Below are positions 13,860 through 26,945 of a stretch of 64,000 bases of DNA, in pieces. Made by a program: the position numbers and the translations under genes. Source of the DNA: the human T2T-CHM13v2.0 reference genome, Homo sapiens; NCBI RefSeq assembly GCF_009914755.1, contig NC_060928.1; one strand, written 5' to 3'. The stretch's first letter is position 1, and each line of letters starts with the position of its first letter. A model generated the notes under the pieces. The model searched no databases, was not told where the DNA came from, and saw only the letters and a program-made list of their open reading frames with translations.

Positions 13860-14450
13860 TTGTGCAACAGAGATATGTCAATGAGAAATCAAGGTTCCTT
13901 CCTTCATGGAGTTTACATTCTAGTGGAGAAGTTAGACAATATATGATTATACAAATAGACAACACTTTCATAAGTAAGGGTAAAGAGCTATGGAAAACAA
14001 ACAGAAACAATAGAAACAGAAGCAATAGTGTGATAACTGTAGTGATAATGGGTTAGAGAGGGCAACTCCAGAATGAGTGTTCAAAGGTTGATATCCAGTT
14101 AATGAAAAGACCCCAGCCTCAAGGAAAGGAAAGAAAAGCATATTTGAAATTCAATAAGAAATAAGTATGAAGGTCCTGATGCAGAAACCAGCTCTACCTG
14201 CTCCAGTACAGGCCCATATTTGTCTGTGGCCTGAGCTCAGTTAGCAAGGGCAGAAAGCAACTGTTGGACATGAAGATGGAGAGGTGCTCAGGAGGGCACT
14301 GGAAGGTTTAAAACCAGAAAGTAAAGTGGTCCTCCAGTTAGGAAGCCATTGTTAAGATCTTGGTTAGAAATAAAGGTGGCTTGAAAGTCCGAGATTTTTG
14401 CAGGTTTTGGGTAAAGTATGTGGACGTAGGATATGTTTTAGAAAAAGAGC
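13860..14450 (-). mobile_element. L2 fragment
   Basis: 'cttcatggagtttacattctagtggag' and degenerate downstream L2 antisense text. Confidence 0.6.
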
Positions 14451-14989
14451 TTTGTAAATCTTACCACAATGTGAAAATTTAATGTATTCTGATTATAGTT
14501 ACTCATTAAATATTTTAAATAAATTCATCTTAGAAATTACTTTCAACTTTTTACTCTCTTTTTAATATTAACTCACCTCCAAACACATTTCTATACTACT
14601 GTAGCTGTCTTTGTTTCCTTTGTCCTTTTTCAATACAACAAACTAGATTCTGGTAAAATAATACCCGTGTGCATAGTTGCTACTTGCTAAATATTTGCTA
14701 TATTAATGACTGCATAAATAAAATATGGCAAGCTTGTTACAGGGCTGATGGGTCAAGAAAATATTTGAATGAATGAAACATAGATTTAAAGGGTTTATTG
14801 CTACCAGTTAAAGTCAGTCAACAGTCTCTTCATTTCAGGATGAGAATTTTATAATGTCACTGACCCTGGGATATGGGTTTACATGAAACTTCTTGGCAGC
14901 ATTAGTTTAGTCTGGTAGCACAAAATAATGTATATAAATGGGCCTTGGAAAGAACAAAGCTTTGTGTCAATAATTGTAAGGATTGCTCC

Positions 14990-15135
14990 CATTTATTTTT
15001 CTGACCCCTATGTGTGTCAGATCTCATGCTAGGCATTTTTACGTATATTGTCTTGTTTAATTCTCACAAAAATCATGAAGGATAAATGTTATCATTTTAT
15101 TTTAAAATTGAGGGAATTATTACTCAGTAACGTTA
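14990..15135 (-). mobile_element. MIR fragment
   Basis: 'catgctaggcatttttacgtatattgtcttgtttaattctcacaa' MIR core. Confidence 0.6.
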
Positions 15136-16273
15136 TTTAACGTCTGGATGAAGATGTATCTTTCAAACCCCACTCTCAATTATTCTATTGCATCAAGGAT
15201 TTAGAATTGATTAAGAAATAAATATTAACTCACAAATATCTAGCAAATTATTAATTTCTTTGAAGAGTATCCTAGAAATTATGCTACATATGTTCCTAAA
15301 ATAATCACAGAATTATAGATTGTAGAGATTTAGAGCTAGATCCATAAGGAACCAGATGCTTCTTCATATGCAATTTCTTGCCTGACTTTCACATGCTCAA
15401 GGTCACAGAAAAGCAAAGCTGGGATTCAAATCCAATTTGGTGTTCTTCAGACCATAGCATACTGGCTCAGAATTTGACATTTTGTTCATCTCTATGTTTA
15501 TAAAAAGGCAAGATAAAAGACCCAGAGAAATCTATGAAAGGGCTCATTTTGCCATTGGTGAAAAAAGAAATTGTGATTTACTTGAAAGAAAAAGATGACA
15601 TAATAAAAGTAACAAATAGCTTTAGCTTTAAAATATAGTATGCCCTAAAAAATGCCTGAAAATAATGAAACAAGAGTTCTTAACACCATCATAAGAGTGT
15701 GCTGCTCCAATGTAGAGAAATATAGAGGTGAAATGGAAGCTGTGAAATGTCAAAGGTAAACTTGGCCAATGTCAGCAGTGTGCGTTGCAGAAACCTCTGG
15801 AATGCATGACAGAGAAAGCAGGAGGATGTAGTAAACAACAAAAAGATCACTGCATTGAGCATTCCACAGATTTCTCAGCTGAAGAGGAATTTTCATTTCT
15901 CTGATGCTTTCAGCTCAACATGGGCCCCAAATGACAGATATGCAGTATGGTTCTCTTACCACCCCACCCCCACACTGTGACCTCTGAGTGGAAAGAGACA
16001 CCTACAGACATAAGCCTGGGGAAAGCAGATCTTTATGCTCAGGGACAATCTCTCTTGCATACACACTGGAAATGCTTTCTCTGATCCCACCCATAACAAC
16101 AAACTCAGAATGCCCTCCACCCACACCAAATTCTTCAAAAATGACTAATTTCTATGCCATGTAATTAAGACAACCGATTTCTCAGAAAAAAAATGTGGCT
16201 GCATTGAGCATCAATTACAGTTTTCTTTAAATGAGGATTTTTTCTTATCTCTGCTGGATTTGCAGAGTCCTAG

Positions 16274-16586
<313 letters not shown>

Positions 16587-17501
16587 TGTAAAGGGTTTCA
16601 AGTGAATTCAGAGTAGACGTTCTGGATATTAATCATACCCATGATGATACACAAATATGAGAAACAAGGTCATTTATATAGGCTATAATTTATTATGGTC
16701 CACAATGTTAGGAGTAAGTTAGAACCCTACGTTGAAATATGTTTTTGGGGTTTCCCGTGCAATCTGTCACATTGATGGTTAAAAGTGAACTGCAGTGCCT
16801 AGGCTGAAAGTGGGATAGGGTGTTATTGGGAGTTGTACCTATTAATGTTTGAGAGATTTGATTTAAAAAATCACATCAGTTTACATGTTTACACCAACTT
16901 AGTTGCTTCCCCATTGTATTGTTATCCAGTCACAGCTCAATGTTTACCTTGTCCCATTAACTTAGAGGACTTGGAGAACCTTTACTTTCTTGTGGGGAAA
17001 AAAATGTAAAGGTGTTTTTAAATAAGTTAATGTAGCAGACAAAAAATTATAGAAATAAGAGCCAAGAGAAAATAAGAAAGATCCAAGATTGTTGCTTTTA
17101 AAGGGAGAGATATCTGAATCACATTGAGGAGCTGCCCCCAAAGTGTTCTATGCTTCTAATCTATGGCAGAACAAATCCTATTATTTTCCTATGTAGCAGC
17201 CATCTCATGGTAATTCAGTAATTTTTTATTTAATCTATTTCCTTGATACTATACTTTACAGAATATGCTTCATCTGTGTTGTTTTCTATCTGAATCCATC
17301 ACCTAGTAAAGCCCTTAGCAAATGGAAGCTATTTAGCTCATATCTGTTGAACGAATAAATGCATATCCCTGTACTTCACTCTCCCAATGGTATATCCTAA
17401 TATTGGGTTTGGATGGATAAACTCATATGTGTTTTCAATGATCGGGGCATTTTATGCAAGGTCCTCTAATCTGTGGAGAAGACAGATCAACAAATAATCT
17501 T

Positions 17502-17874
17502 GTATGTTTTGGTGTGAATATCCCTCAATATCGACATGGTATCCACAGGTGGATTTTGAGAAATGATTAGGTCATAGGGACTCTGCCCTCTGAACAGATT
17601 AGTGCTTTATAAAAGGGCTGGAGGAAACTAGTCTAGGCCTCTTTTCGGTCTTATGTTCTTTTACCTTGTGAGGACCCAGTGTCCTTTCCATCCAGAGTAT
17701 GCAGTAACAAGGCTACATCTTGGGGACAGACAGCAACTCTCATCAGACATCAAATCTGCTGGCAACTTGATCTTTGGCTTTCCAACCTTAAGAAATATAA
17801 AAAATAAATTTTTATTATTCATAAATTACTCAGTCTGTGGTATTTTGTTGTAGCAACACAAATGGAGGAAGACA
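17502..17874 (+). mobile_element. MLT1A solo LTR
   Basis: 'gattaggtcatagggactctgccctc' ... 'ataaattactcagtctgtggtattttgttgtagcaacacaaatggaggaagaca'. Confidence 0.8.
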
Positions 17875-18648
17875 CTGTGTTTAACACTATAGCCACTAGA
17901 GAAAAGACACAGAGACTTCTGGGAACAGAGAAGAGCGCCTGGTTCAGCTCAGCAGATTGGCGTCTTTTGAGATTTCTTCCACCTTTCCTCCCACCTCTCA
18001 TTATATTTCTTTGCTAATGCTTGGTATAAGTCTATATCCAATGCATAATTTCCTGGCCCACCCATGGGTCGTAAGTGTCTGTGCCCTTCCTCCACCTCCC
18101 TAAAAACGCAAGTCTCAGGTACAAACACTATTAGTTCTCCTTTTTGACAGGATTTCTGTTCCTTCTGTCCCATATCAAAGACTGGTCTCCCCTAGACCTC
18201 ATTAGTGCCTCAACCTAAACTACCTACTTGGTTAGTGCTTTAATGCATAATGCTCCACTCAATAAGTGCTTAGTGAAAATATATTGTTCAGAACACTGAC
18301 TTCTGAGCCTATAGCTGCTTAGATTTCTGGTTGATTGAGACATTCCTAAAAGCCAAATTCCCACATTCTAACTTTTGGAATTTTAAGCTCAACTCTATCA
18401 AAAAGTGACCATAGGCCTAACAATTTTGGGTCGTAAAGATTTTTATATGATTTTACATTAAACTTTACACAAATTTGATTGAATCCTTTGAATAATACTA
18501 GTATCTCTCTCAAAAAAGATGATTTGGAAAAACAAAATCTAAGTAAAGTTTGCCACATACATCTCTTCAGCCCTGCAAAAGCAAAGCAAGTGCTTTGTCA
18601 GTATTTCCATAGAACTTGCAAATAGAACACCCTTCACTAAGAATAACA

Positions 18649-19387
18649 GAGATATCATCTCACACCAGTTAGAATGGCAATCATTAAAAAGTCAGGAAAC
18701 AACAGGTGTTGGAGAGGATGTGGAGAAATAGGAACACTTTTACACTGTTGGTGGGACTGTAAACTAGTTCAACCATTGTGGAAGTCAGTGTGGCGATTCC
18801 TCAGGGATCTAGAACTAGAAATACCATTTGACCCAGCCATCCCATTACTGGGTATATACCCAAAGGACTATAAATCATGCTGCTATAAAGACACATGCAC
18901 ACGTATGTTTATTGTGGCATTATTCACGATAGCAAAGACTTGGAACCAACCCAAATGTCCAACAATGATAGACTGGATTAAGAAAATGTGGCACATATAC
19001 ACCATGGAATACTATGCAGCCATAAAAAATGATGAGTTCATGTCCTTTGTAGGGACATGGATGAAATTGGAAATCATCATTCTCAGTAAACTATCGCAAG
19101 AACAAAAAACCAAACACTGCATATTCTCACTCATAGGTGGGAATTGAACAATGAGAACATATGGACACAGGAAGGGGAACATCACACTCTGGGGACTGTT
19201 GTGGGGTGGGGGGAGGGGGGAGGGATAGCATTGGGAGATATACCTAATGCTAGACGACGAGTTAGTGGGTGCAGCACACCAGCATGGCACATATATACAT
19301 ATGTAACTAACCTGCAAAATGTGCACATGTACCCTAAAACTTAAAGTATAATAATAAAAGAAAAAAAACTTAAAAAAAAAAAAAGAA
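18649..19387 (+). mobile_element. 5'-truncated L1, L1PA2-like 3' end
   Basis: Near-consensus ORF2 end, 3'UTR G-tract, 'gacgagttagtggg' (GAG, not the L1HS ACA/ACG), A-tail; imperfect TSD aagaataacaga/aagaaaagcaga. Confidence 0.95.
18674..19147 (+). pseudogene. L1 ORF2p C-terminal cysteine-rich remnant (not an independent gene)
   Basis: Translation [27 protein letters not shown]...IFSLIGGN-stop is the L1 ORF2p C-terminus; endonuclease, RT and promoter are absent. Confidence 0.95.
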
Positions 19388-19669
19388 AAGAAAAGCAGAT
19401 AACTTGCATGAAATGAGCCTTCTGGTACTTTTTTTATCATAAAAATCTCTCGAACTCCTTTCATCTCACCTTTAAATTGGCTGTTATGATTATCCCAATT
19501 TTACAGATGAGTAAACTAAGTTTAACAGAATTTTTACAATTTTCCCATGGTCACATCTGCTGCTAAGCAGCAAAGCAGGAAATGTGACCGCAGTTCTGAC
19601 TCTCCCCAAAGCTTCTCTCAGAGAAATAGAATCAAGTGGTAAAGAACATTTGGGATTTAAATCTAGACT

Positions 19670-20139
19670 TGTAACCACCCAATGGATTTATTTTGCCTGC
19701 TGCCCAGATAGAAGCAATTTATCAAGACAGGGTAATCGCAATAGAGATAGAGTTTAATTTTTGCAGAGCCAATTGAATGGATGACCAGAGTTTTATTATT
19801 ACTCAAATCAGTCTCCCCTAAAATTCAGAGGCTAGGTTTATTCAAGGATAGTTTGGTGGGCCAGAGAATGGTGCTACTGATTTGTGGGGCATACAATGAC
19901 AGAGATATGGAAAATAGTCTGCTTCTGGGTGGGGCCACAGGACCAGTTGGCAAGTCTGGGTGGAGCTCTCCTCATCAGAAACGTGAAAACATGAAAAGAC
20001 ATCTCAAAAGGCCAATCCTAGGTCTTACAATAGTGCTATTTTCTTCAGGGGGTTAAAGACAAGACAGGGGTTGTTTAGATCAGATCGCTTTCACTGCCAT
20101 AATTTTCTCACTGTTACAATTTTTGCAAAGGCGGTTTCA
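19670..20139 (-). mobile_element. LTR8/LTR26-group ERV1 solo LTR with internal deletion, inserted into a MIR
   Basis: 'tgtaaccacccaatgg' to 'tttttgcaaaggcggtttca'; flanks gact/gtct; MIR text continues either side (about 19630-20270). Confidence 0.8.
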
Positions 20140-20284
20140 GTCTGGCTAGAGTTCCACTCCCATCTCTTCTGTATGACCCTGAGCATATTATGAAACTTCC
20201 TTGAGCACAGTTTTATTATAAATCAAGTGGGAATAAAAATAATTAAAATAGTTGTTGAATATGTTTAATGGGCTTAATGGGAGA

Positions 20285-21001
20285 ACCAACGGGTTCTCCT
20301 TGCCCACTACCTAGCAGAGCCAATTATCAAGACAGGGGAATTGCAATAGAGGAAGAGTTTAATTCATGCAGAGCTGGGCTGGCTGTATGGGAGACTAGAG
20401 TTTTATTATTACTCAAATCAGTCTCCGTGAAAACTTGGAGACTAGAGTTTTCAAGGATAATTTGGTGGGTAGGGGTTGAAGAGTGGGGAGTACTGATTGG
20501 TCATGTCTGAGATGAAATCATAGAGAGTCAAAGTTATCTTTTTGTAGAGTCCGTTCCTGGGTGGAGGCCACAAAACCAGATGAGCCAGTTTACACATCTG
20601 GGTGGTGCCAACTAATCCATCAAGTGCAGGGCCTGCAAAATATCTCAAGCGCTTAGGTTTTACAATAGTGATGTTATCCCTAGGAGCAATTTAGGGAGGG
20701 TGAGAATCTTGCAGCCTCCAGCTGCATGACTCCTAAACCATAATTTCTAAACTTGCGGCTAATTTTGTAGTCCTACAAAGGCAATGTAGTCCCCAGGAAG
20801 GAAGGGAGTTTGGGGAAAGGACTGTTATCATCTTTGTTTCAAAGTTAAACTATAAACTAAGTTCCTCCCAAAGTTTATTTGGTTTATGCCCAGGAATGAA
20901 CAAGGACAGCTTGGAGATTAGAAAAAAGATGGAATCAGTTAGGTCAGACCTCTTTCAGTGTTATAATTTCCTCAGTTATAATTTTTGCAAAGGCAGTTTT
21001 A
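20285..21001 (-). mobile_element. LTR8A-like ERV1 solo LTR
   Basis: 'gagttttattattactcaaatcagtctcc', 'catgactcctaaaccataatttc', end 'tttttgcaaaggcagtttta'. Confidence 0.85.
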
Positions 21002-22519
21002 GAGATATGGGCGTTCACAATTTTTTTAACCAATTTGATGGAATTGTTTTCAAAAAGCTTTCTATAGGGTGCAAAAGTAATAAGAATAGTGCTTTGTCTC
21101 AGCAACTGCCTTGCATCATAATGTTAAACTCCCAGACTACAATCCCCACGTCCTATATCTATGTTGAAGAAAGATATATTTTAAATTATCTAGGTTTCTC
21201 ATACTCCTTGGTTTATGTATTTTAAAATCCATTGGTGAGTTCTGATTGCAAGTAGGTTATTTTGAGGGTCCTATGGAACCATCACTGTGGAGCTGCCATG
21301 GCTGACAGGGACGACCTGGTGACCCGTTCGATGGTGGGATTTTAAGGAGTGACAGCTTGAGATATAGCACATGTGCTTGGAGAGATTTCCAGGGACAGCA
21401 GACTGCATTATTGGCCTTACTGTTTCACAATGCCAAGGCATTATAGGGACATGACTGTTAACAACAGAGTGTGCCATTGTTTTGCTGGTATTTTTTTCTC
21501 AAGCCTTTCTGAGTGACAGTCCCTGGGGAGAGTGAATTATCACCCTTAACTTGTAACTTAACTGCTCCTGTTGTCATTCTGCATAATTGCTGTCACCCAG
21601 GTAAAACTAAGTTGTTTTTCTCCCTGGTAAATTCTCCCACACTCAGCGTGGAGCCCTTCAGGCAAGGCAGGCAGTAGGGAACCTGGGCAGATAATGTGGC
21701 TATTTAAAGGCATCCTGGAAAGGGAGAATCTTTAAAAGGCTTTTTCTCTAAAGACTAAGGCCATGTACAGTGAAGATACTAGTTTAAATAACTGAAGTTG
21801 CAATTCACTTCACAATTACAAGCATAGGGATTATAATAGTATGAACCATATTGCAGTTGTGAAAATTAAATTAGTTGATACATGAAAAGTGTGTGGCACA
21901 AAAGATCAGTGTGTTCACTGTGTGTTCAGTGTGTGGCACAAAAGATCTCAGCAAGGGTTGGATTTTCTTACTTTGTAATATTATGTGCTTATTCATTACA
22001 ACCATCTTTCAAGGTAGTAATTATGATTCTCATTTTTTCAGATAAGAAAACTGAACTTTTTTGGAGCTGGAATTTAGAAGTAAGTAGGTCTAAGTCTAAT
22101 GCAGATGGGCTTAACTTCCAAAAAAGCTCTCTAGATTCAGCAAGTAACTAGATTCACCAAGGAAAAGCTCTCTAGATTTTCTTTCTTCTTTTTTCTTTTT
22201 TTTCTTTTTGCCAAGTAAGATGTGAGAAGAGCTTGTCACTCAGGGGAAATTATTATAGAATATAGGGTTTACCAAATAGCCCCTTTATTTGAATAAATTA
22301 TTTTATTTTTTCAAAAACTGTATTTTCATAAAACTAACATAACTAGCTAAATACAATAACCAATTTTGAAAAACAACTGCTTCAATAAATTATTTGCTTT
22401 CATGAAGAGCCTGAGGCTGATAATAGATATTGATAATAATGCTTACCACAAGAGTAATAGTAAATACAATTACAATAATGATGGTGATGTTGATAATAAT
22501 AATAAAATAATACTGTATA

Positions 22520-22740
22520 CCATTTATTGACCCTTTACTATAAGCCAAGCATTGTTCTAAGAACTTGCCATCAATATCTCATTTAATTCTCATTAGGCAG
22601 GTGCTATTATTATCATTTATTTATATATTATAAAATTGAAACTCAGAAAGATGAAGTAAAATACTGGAAGTCACAGTTGCTACATGGATGAGACAGGATT
22701 TGATTTCAGGCTATCAGGCATCAGAATTGTGTTTTTTATA
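22520..22740 (-). mobile_element. MIR
   Basis: 'catttattga...atctcatttaattctc...gaaactcagaaagatgaagtaa'. Confidence 0.7.
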
Positions 22741-24785
22741 TAGCTAGAAAATGACACATTAGGACTCGAACCCAACACTCCCCTTCTTCCATGTTCATTC
22801 TCTTTTCTTTTTGTTCAAATGGGTGCAGAGCGTGGATGCCCTTTGACCAACATTTAGATTTTCTATAAAACTAGGTAGCACACACTCATAAGATTTGAAA
22901 AAGCAAAATTTACTTAGACTATAGTATGGTGCATACTGGCAATGCCCAAATAAATAAATTGACAATGCCCAAATAAATAAATCAAGAGTAAATATAATAT
23001 AAAAATTGAGTTCTCTGACTGCATAGATGATCCTTAATAAGGTCTGCAAGAGTGGGAGAGGTGGCACAAGAATATGGGTAGGGATGGAGGCTACAGCCTG
23101 GGAAGCAAAGGAAGGATCTTGGGAGATGTACGTTAAATGAGCACTTTCATAGGAGTATGGTTTTCATTATATACAAACTACAGAAAGTAAAACTCAGCAA
23201 AATCTTTGCTAGTGCGTATAGGTCATGGGTTAAAAAGAGAGGATGAACCACTTCTTAAAGATGTATCTACTTTTTATCAACACATACTTTAGGTTCAGAC
23301 TGACCTATGCTTAAACACTGATTACACTTTTGAGTAAGTGAAATCAGCTGAGTTTCAGTTTGATCATCTTTAAAAGAGAGATTTTGATACTTTTCTTGCA
23401 GACATTGTTCCTAGCACATGGTAAAAACCCTATAACCAAAACCTATTATTACTATTATTATCTATTTTAATAAAAATTTAAAGTATTATTCGTTTAATGA
23501 CAAAAACACCAGTAGTTTTGATAAATGCATATTCCCATTAATTTTATTATTGATACTTCATAATCTATTCAATATCTCTTTCTCTAAGTACTAATAATTG
23601 CACTCATTTAAAGTTACCCACTTTTACCTCTATTTTCTTTATTTTTTTGTCTCTCTTTTCTCTATTTTTTTTCCTAGGATCTCTCTGCTTCCCTTTTTCA
23701 AACCAGGTTATCTCTTCAGTTAACACTTCATGACTTTTCCTCTTTAAGGTACTCAAAACAAGAAATCCTAATTTTCACAGCAGATGTAAGTATTTTGTTT
23801 CAAAAATAAGCAAACAAACACAAACAGAAATTTTAACTCCTTATTATGCTCACTGGGAGAAAGTAGATATTGTAATCTGGACATTTCTTGATGCAACTCC
23901 TCACAAGCAATCTTAAAATGTACAAAGGTTTGGCTTCATATTGATGGGCTTTCAAAAATAATGTGTAGACCAGCCTGACCCTCCAGAGGTGCAGAGTTGC
24001 AAATTCCAGCTACATTATTTGAAGGGTTAAAGTCATTGTGAAGAGACTCAGAACAATACACCCCAGTGATCAGTTGGTGGTGACACTGCCACTTTCTCAT
24101 GGTCTGGACCGTAGGCACCAGGGTCAGACATTTTGCAATTGCCTTGACGGTTGCAGGGAGGAGTTATGATATTTAACCTAGGACACCAGCCAACAATTAT
24201 TTATCTGTCAAAACTTTTCAAATATAATTCAGTGTTACTGGGTCCTGCTGAGCCTGAGACTGCCAACCTGTCTGAGTTCCATAAGAAAGATCTTCAGATA
24301 ATTTCTGTAAAGGCAGACAAGGGCAGCCCCATCACCAAAACTCAGAGGTAAGAAGGGAATAAAGACAATTTTTAACCACTCTTCTCTTTCATTAAAAACA
24401 ATCAAAATGTCTCTGACTTTTGAATGAATTTTGAGTCAGGAAAAGCTATGCCTCTGGATTATAAAAGCTGGCTCTGCAGCACCTGGTTTTCCAGGAGTTA
24501 GAGAAGTGTCAAACTGGCTTAACTCAAACCTGCTTGTGCACCACCTTTGAAATTTGGGCACACTAACCTCTTCGAGGCCACCTTCAGAGTTCATTTTCAT
24601 GCTCTGATCCCCAAATCTGCTGGTTCTCTCTCAATCTCTGTACTCTTCAGTTAAAATGTCACAGTGGGATGACATTTGATTTGCAGAAGATAGAAGCATA
24701 ATCATTGCCTTGGATTCAGTCCTATTAAAAATTTCCCTGATAACAAGTTTACCTGGGGGAGGAAGGAGAAAGAAAAAGGAAATCT

Positions 24786-24788
<3 letters not shown>

Positions 24789-24834
<46 letters not shown>
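24789..24834. repeat. (TG)23 microsatellite
   Basis: Uninterrupted TG run read directly. Confidence 0.97.
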
Positions 24835-24835
<1 letters not shown>

Positions 24836-25675
24836 ATGCACATGTGTGGTGTGGAAGGTGGGGACATCCTTAGAGCTCTGCTGATAAAATCAGCAGAGAT
24901 TTGAGAGTGCATTACAGTTTTATTTTTTGACCAAACCGTAATGCTGGGGGATTTGACTGCTGGGAGAAAAGGGGACACATTTGTCAGACTTTTCACTTCA
25001 ATATATGCTTGTGCAGTTGGTAAATAAAATACTTGAGTAGATATGAATTGCTCTGTTGTCCCGTGGCTTTAGGTCTAAGGGTTTACCTTATAGTTTTGCA
25101 AGTCCTCCTTTAACTTATAACAGCTTTGTATTGAGTGAAGATATGTGAGAGTCCTTACCTTATAGAAAAGCAGCTGAAAAATCAATGTGCCTACTGAAAA
25201 CTGAACTCACAGGTTCAGAAGAAAAATGCTTTAAATATCAATAAATGTGTTTCAGAAAAATGTGGTGTTTCTGCCTACTGTGTGACTTGTGTGTAAATTC
25301 TAGGACATAGCATGTGCTTGATAAATGACTACTGGATGAATGCATGTGCTATTTATATAACACATATTTCATAACAGCTAACTAGCTAACTGTTCTGCTC
25401 TTATTGTAGGTAATGGGTCAGTAATAGGTCCATGTGATGTTGAAAAGAAAATAAGTTGGAAAGGAGGCCAGTTCAACTTAGGTGCTCAATACATGATGGT
25501 TGGATACATTAAAAATTCACTCCTGAAAAGATGGTCAGTCAAGTCATTTTATGCTGCCCGTATTTTGTTTCAAGGTTATGAGACTCTAGGCATAAGCAGA
25601 ACATAACTAAACACAAATTAGAAAAAAACCTGAAATAGATTGCTATATATTGTTTTTGTAAAAGGAATGGCAATT

Positions 25676-25920
25676 TTTTAAAATTATACTTTAAGTTCTA
25701 GGGTACGTGTGCACAACATGCAGGTTTCTTACATATGTATACATGTGCCATGTTGGTGTGCTGCACCCATTAACTCGTCATTTACATTAGGTATTTCTGC
25801 TAATGCTATCCCTCCCCCCTCCCCCCACCCCACAACCGTCCCCAATGTGTGATGTTCCCCATCCTGTGTCCAAGTGTTCTCATTGTTCAATTCCCACCTA
25901 GGAGTGAGAACATGCGGTGT
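25676..25920 (-). mobile_element. Short L1PA (PA4-6-like) 3' end
   Basis: 'ttatactttaagttctagggtac...tttacattaggtat...gtgagaacatgcggtgt'; TSD ggcaatt at 25669-25675 and 25934-25940. Confidence 0.92.
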
Positions 25921-26297
25921 GACTCCACCTCTGGGCAATTGTTTATATGCCATTATATTAAACAATTATACATATAATTGTTTAACATTGTAGAAACATT
26001 TATTATATAAGATTATATAAACAATTGTCATTCCTTTTAAAGAAAAAAATTCCCATAGCAATCTATTTCAGGATTTTTTGAAAAAAGTTGTTTAAGTCAT
26101 AATTAAAACATTTTCCTTGATTTAGAAGGAAAGAGGAATTGATCCCATAGCTGCCCAGAGAGAAAGAACTCTTCTTAGAGAAGGAGGTGACATTCTTTCC
26201 ATCCATAAATTACTGGTTTAATTCTTAGTAACAGACTAATCATTACTTCAGGCTTTCCAGCTGAGTTAAACCAACATGATGATGTGAGGACCATTAA

Positions 26298-26556
26298 GAG
26301 GTGGGTAGATCACGAGGTCAGGAGTTCAAGACCAGCCTGGCCAATATGGTAAAACCCCGTCTCACTAAAAAATACAAAAATTAGGTGGATGTGGTGACGA
26401 GCACCTGTAGTCCCAGCTACTGGGGAGGCTGAGGCAGGAGAATTGCTGGAACCGAGGAGTTAGAGGCTGCAGTGAGCCAAGATGTCTCCGCTGCACTTCA
26501 GACTGGTCGACAGACTGAGACTCCGTCTCAAAAAAATAAAAATAAAAAAAAAAAAA
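26298..26556 (+). mobile_element. 5'-truncated AluS (AluSg-like)
   Basis: Begins at 'gaggtgggtagatcacgaggtcagg'; A-rich linker and tail. Confidence 0.9.
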
Positions 26557-26589
26557 CAGAAAATGTCTTTTTGGTCATATATGTATGTA

Positions 26590-26925
26590 TATATTTTTAA
26601 ACCGCTTTATTAAGGCACAATTGGCATGTAAAAAGTTTTGCTTATTTGATGCATGCAACTCAATGAGTTTAGGAATAAGTGATGAAACCATTACTACAAA
26701 CAAAGCCATAGACATATCCCTCACCTCCCAAATTTTCTTCTGCCTTCTTTGTTATTGCCATCATCATCAATGTGTGTATGTATGTGTGTGTTTGATAAGA
26801 ACATATAAGATATGCTCTCAGAAAATTTTAAGAATATGATATACTATGTTAGCTCTTGGTACTATTCTGTATGGTAGATCTCCGGAGTTTACTTATCTTA
26901 CAAAACTGAAATTTTGTACCCTTTG
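26590..26925 (-). mobile_element. Old L1 (L1MA/MB/MC) 3' end fragment
   Basis: 'gtagatctccggagtttacttatcttacaaaactgaaattttgtaccctttg'. Confidence 0.6.
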
Positions 26926-26945
26926 TAAGTCAAATATATTGTTAA

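Noticed and set aside
18674-19147. Longest ORF (157 aa) as a host gene
   Set aside because: It is the C-terminal piece of L1 ORF2p in a 5'-truncated L1 with no promoter
24151-24353. Exon ending at the GAG|GTAAGA donor (24347/24348)
   Set aside because: Good donor but no convincing upstream acceptor or recognisable peptide
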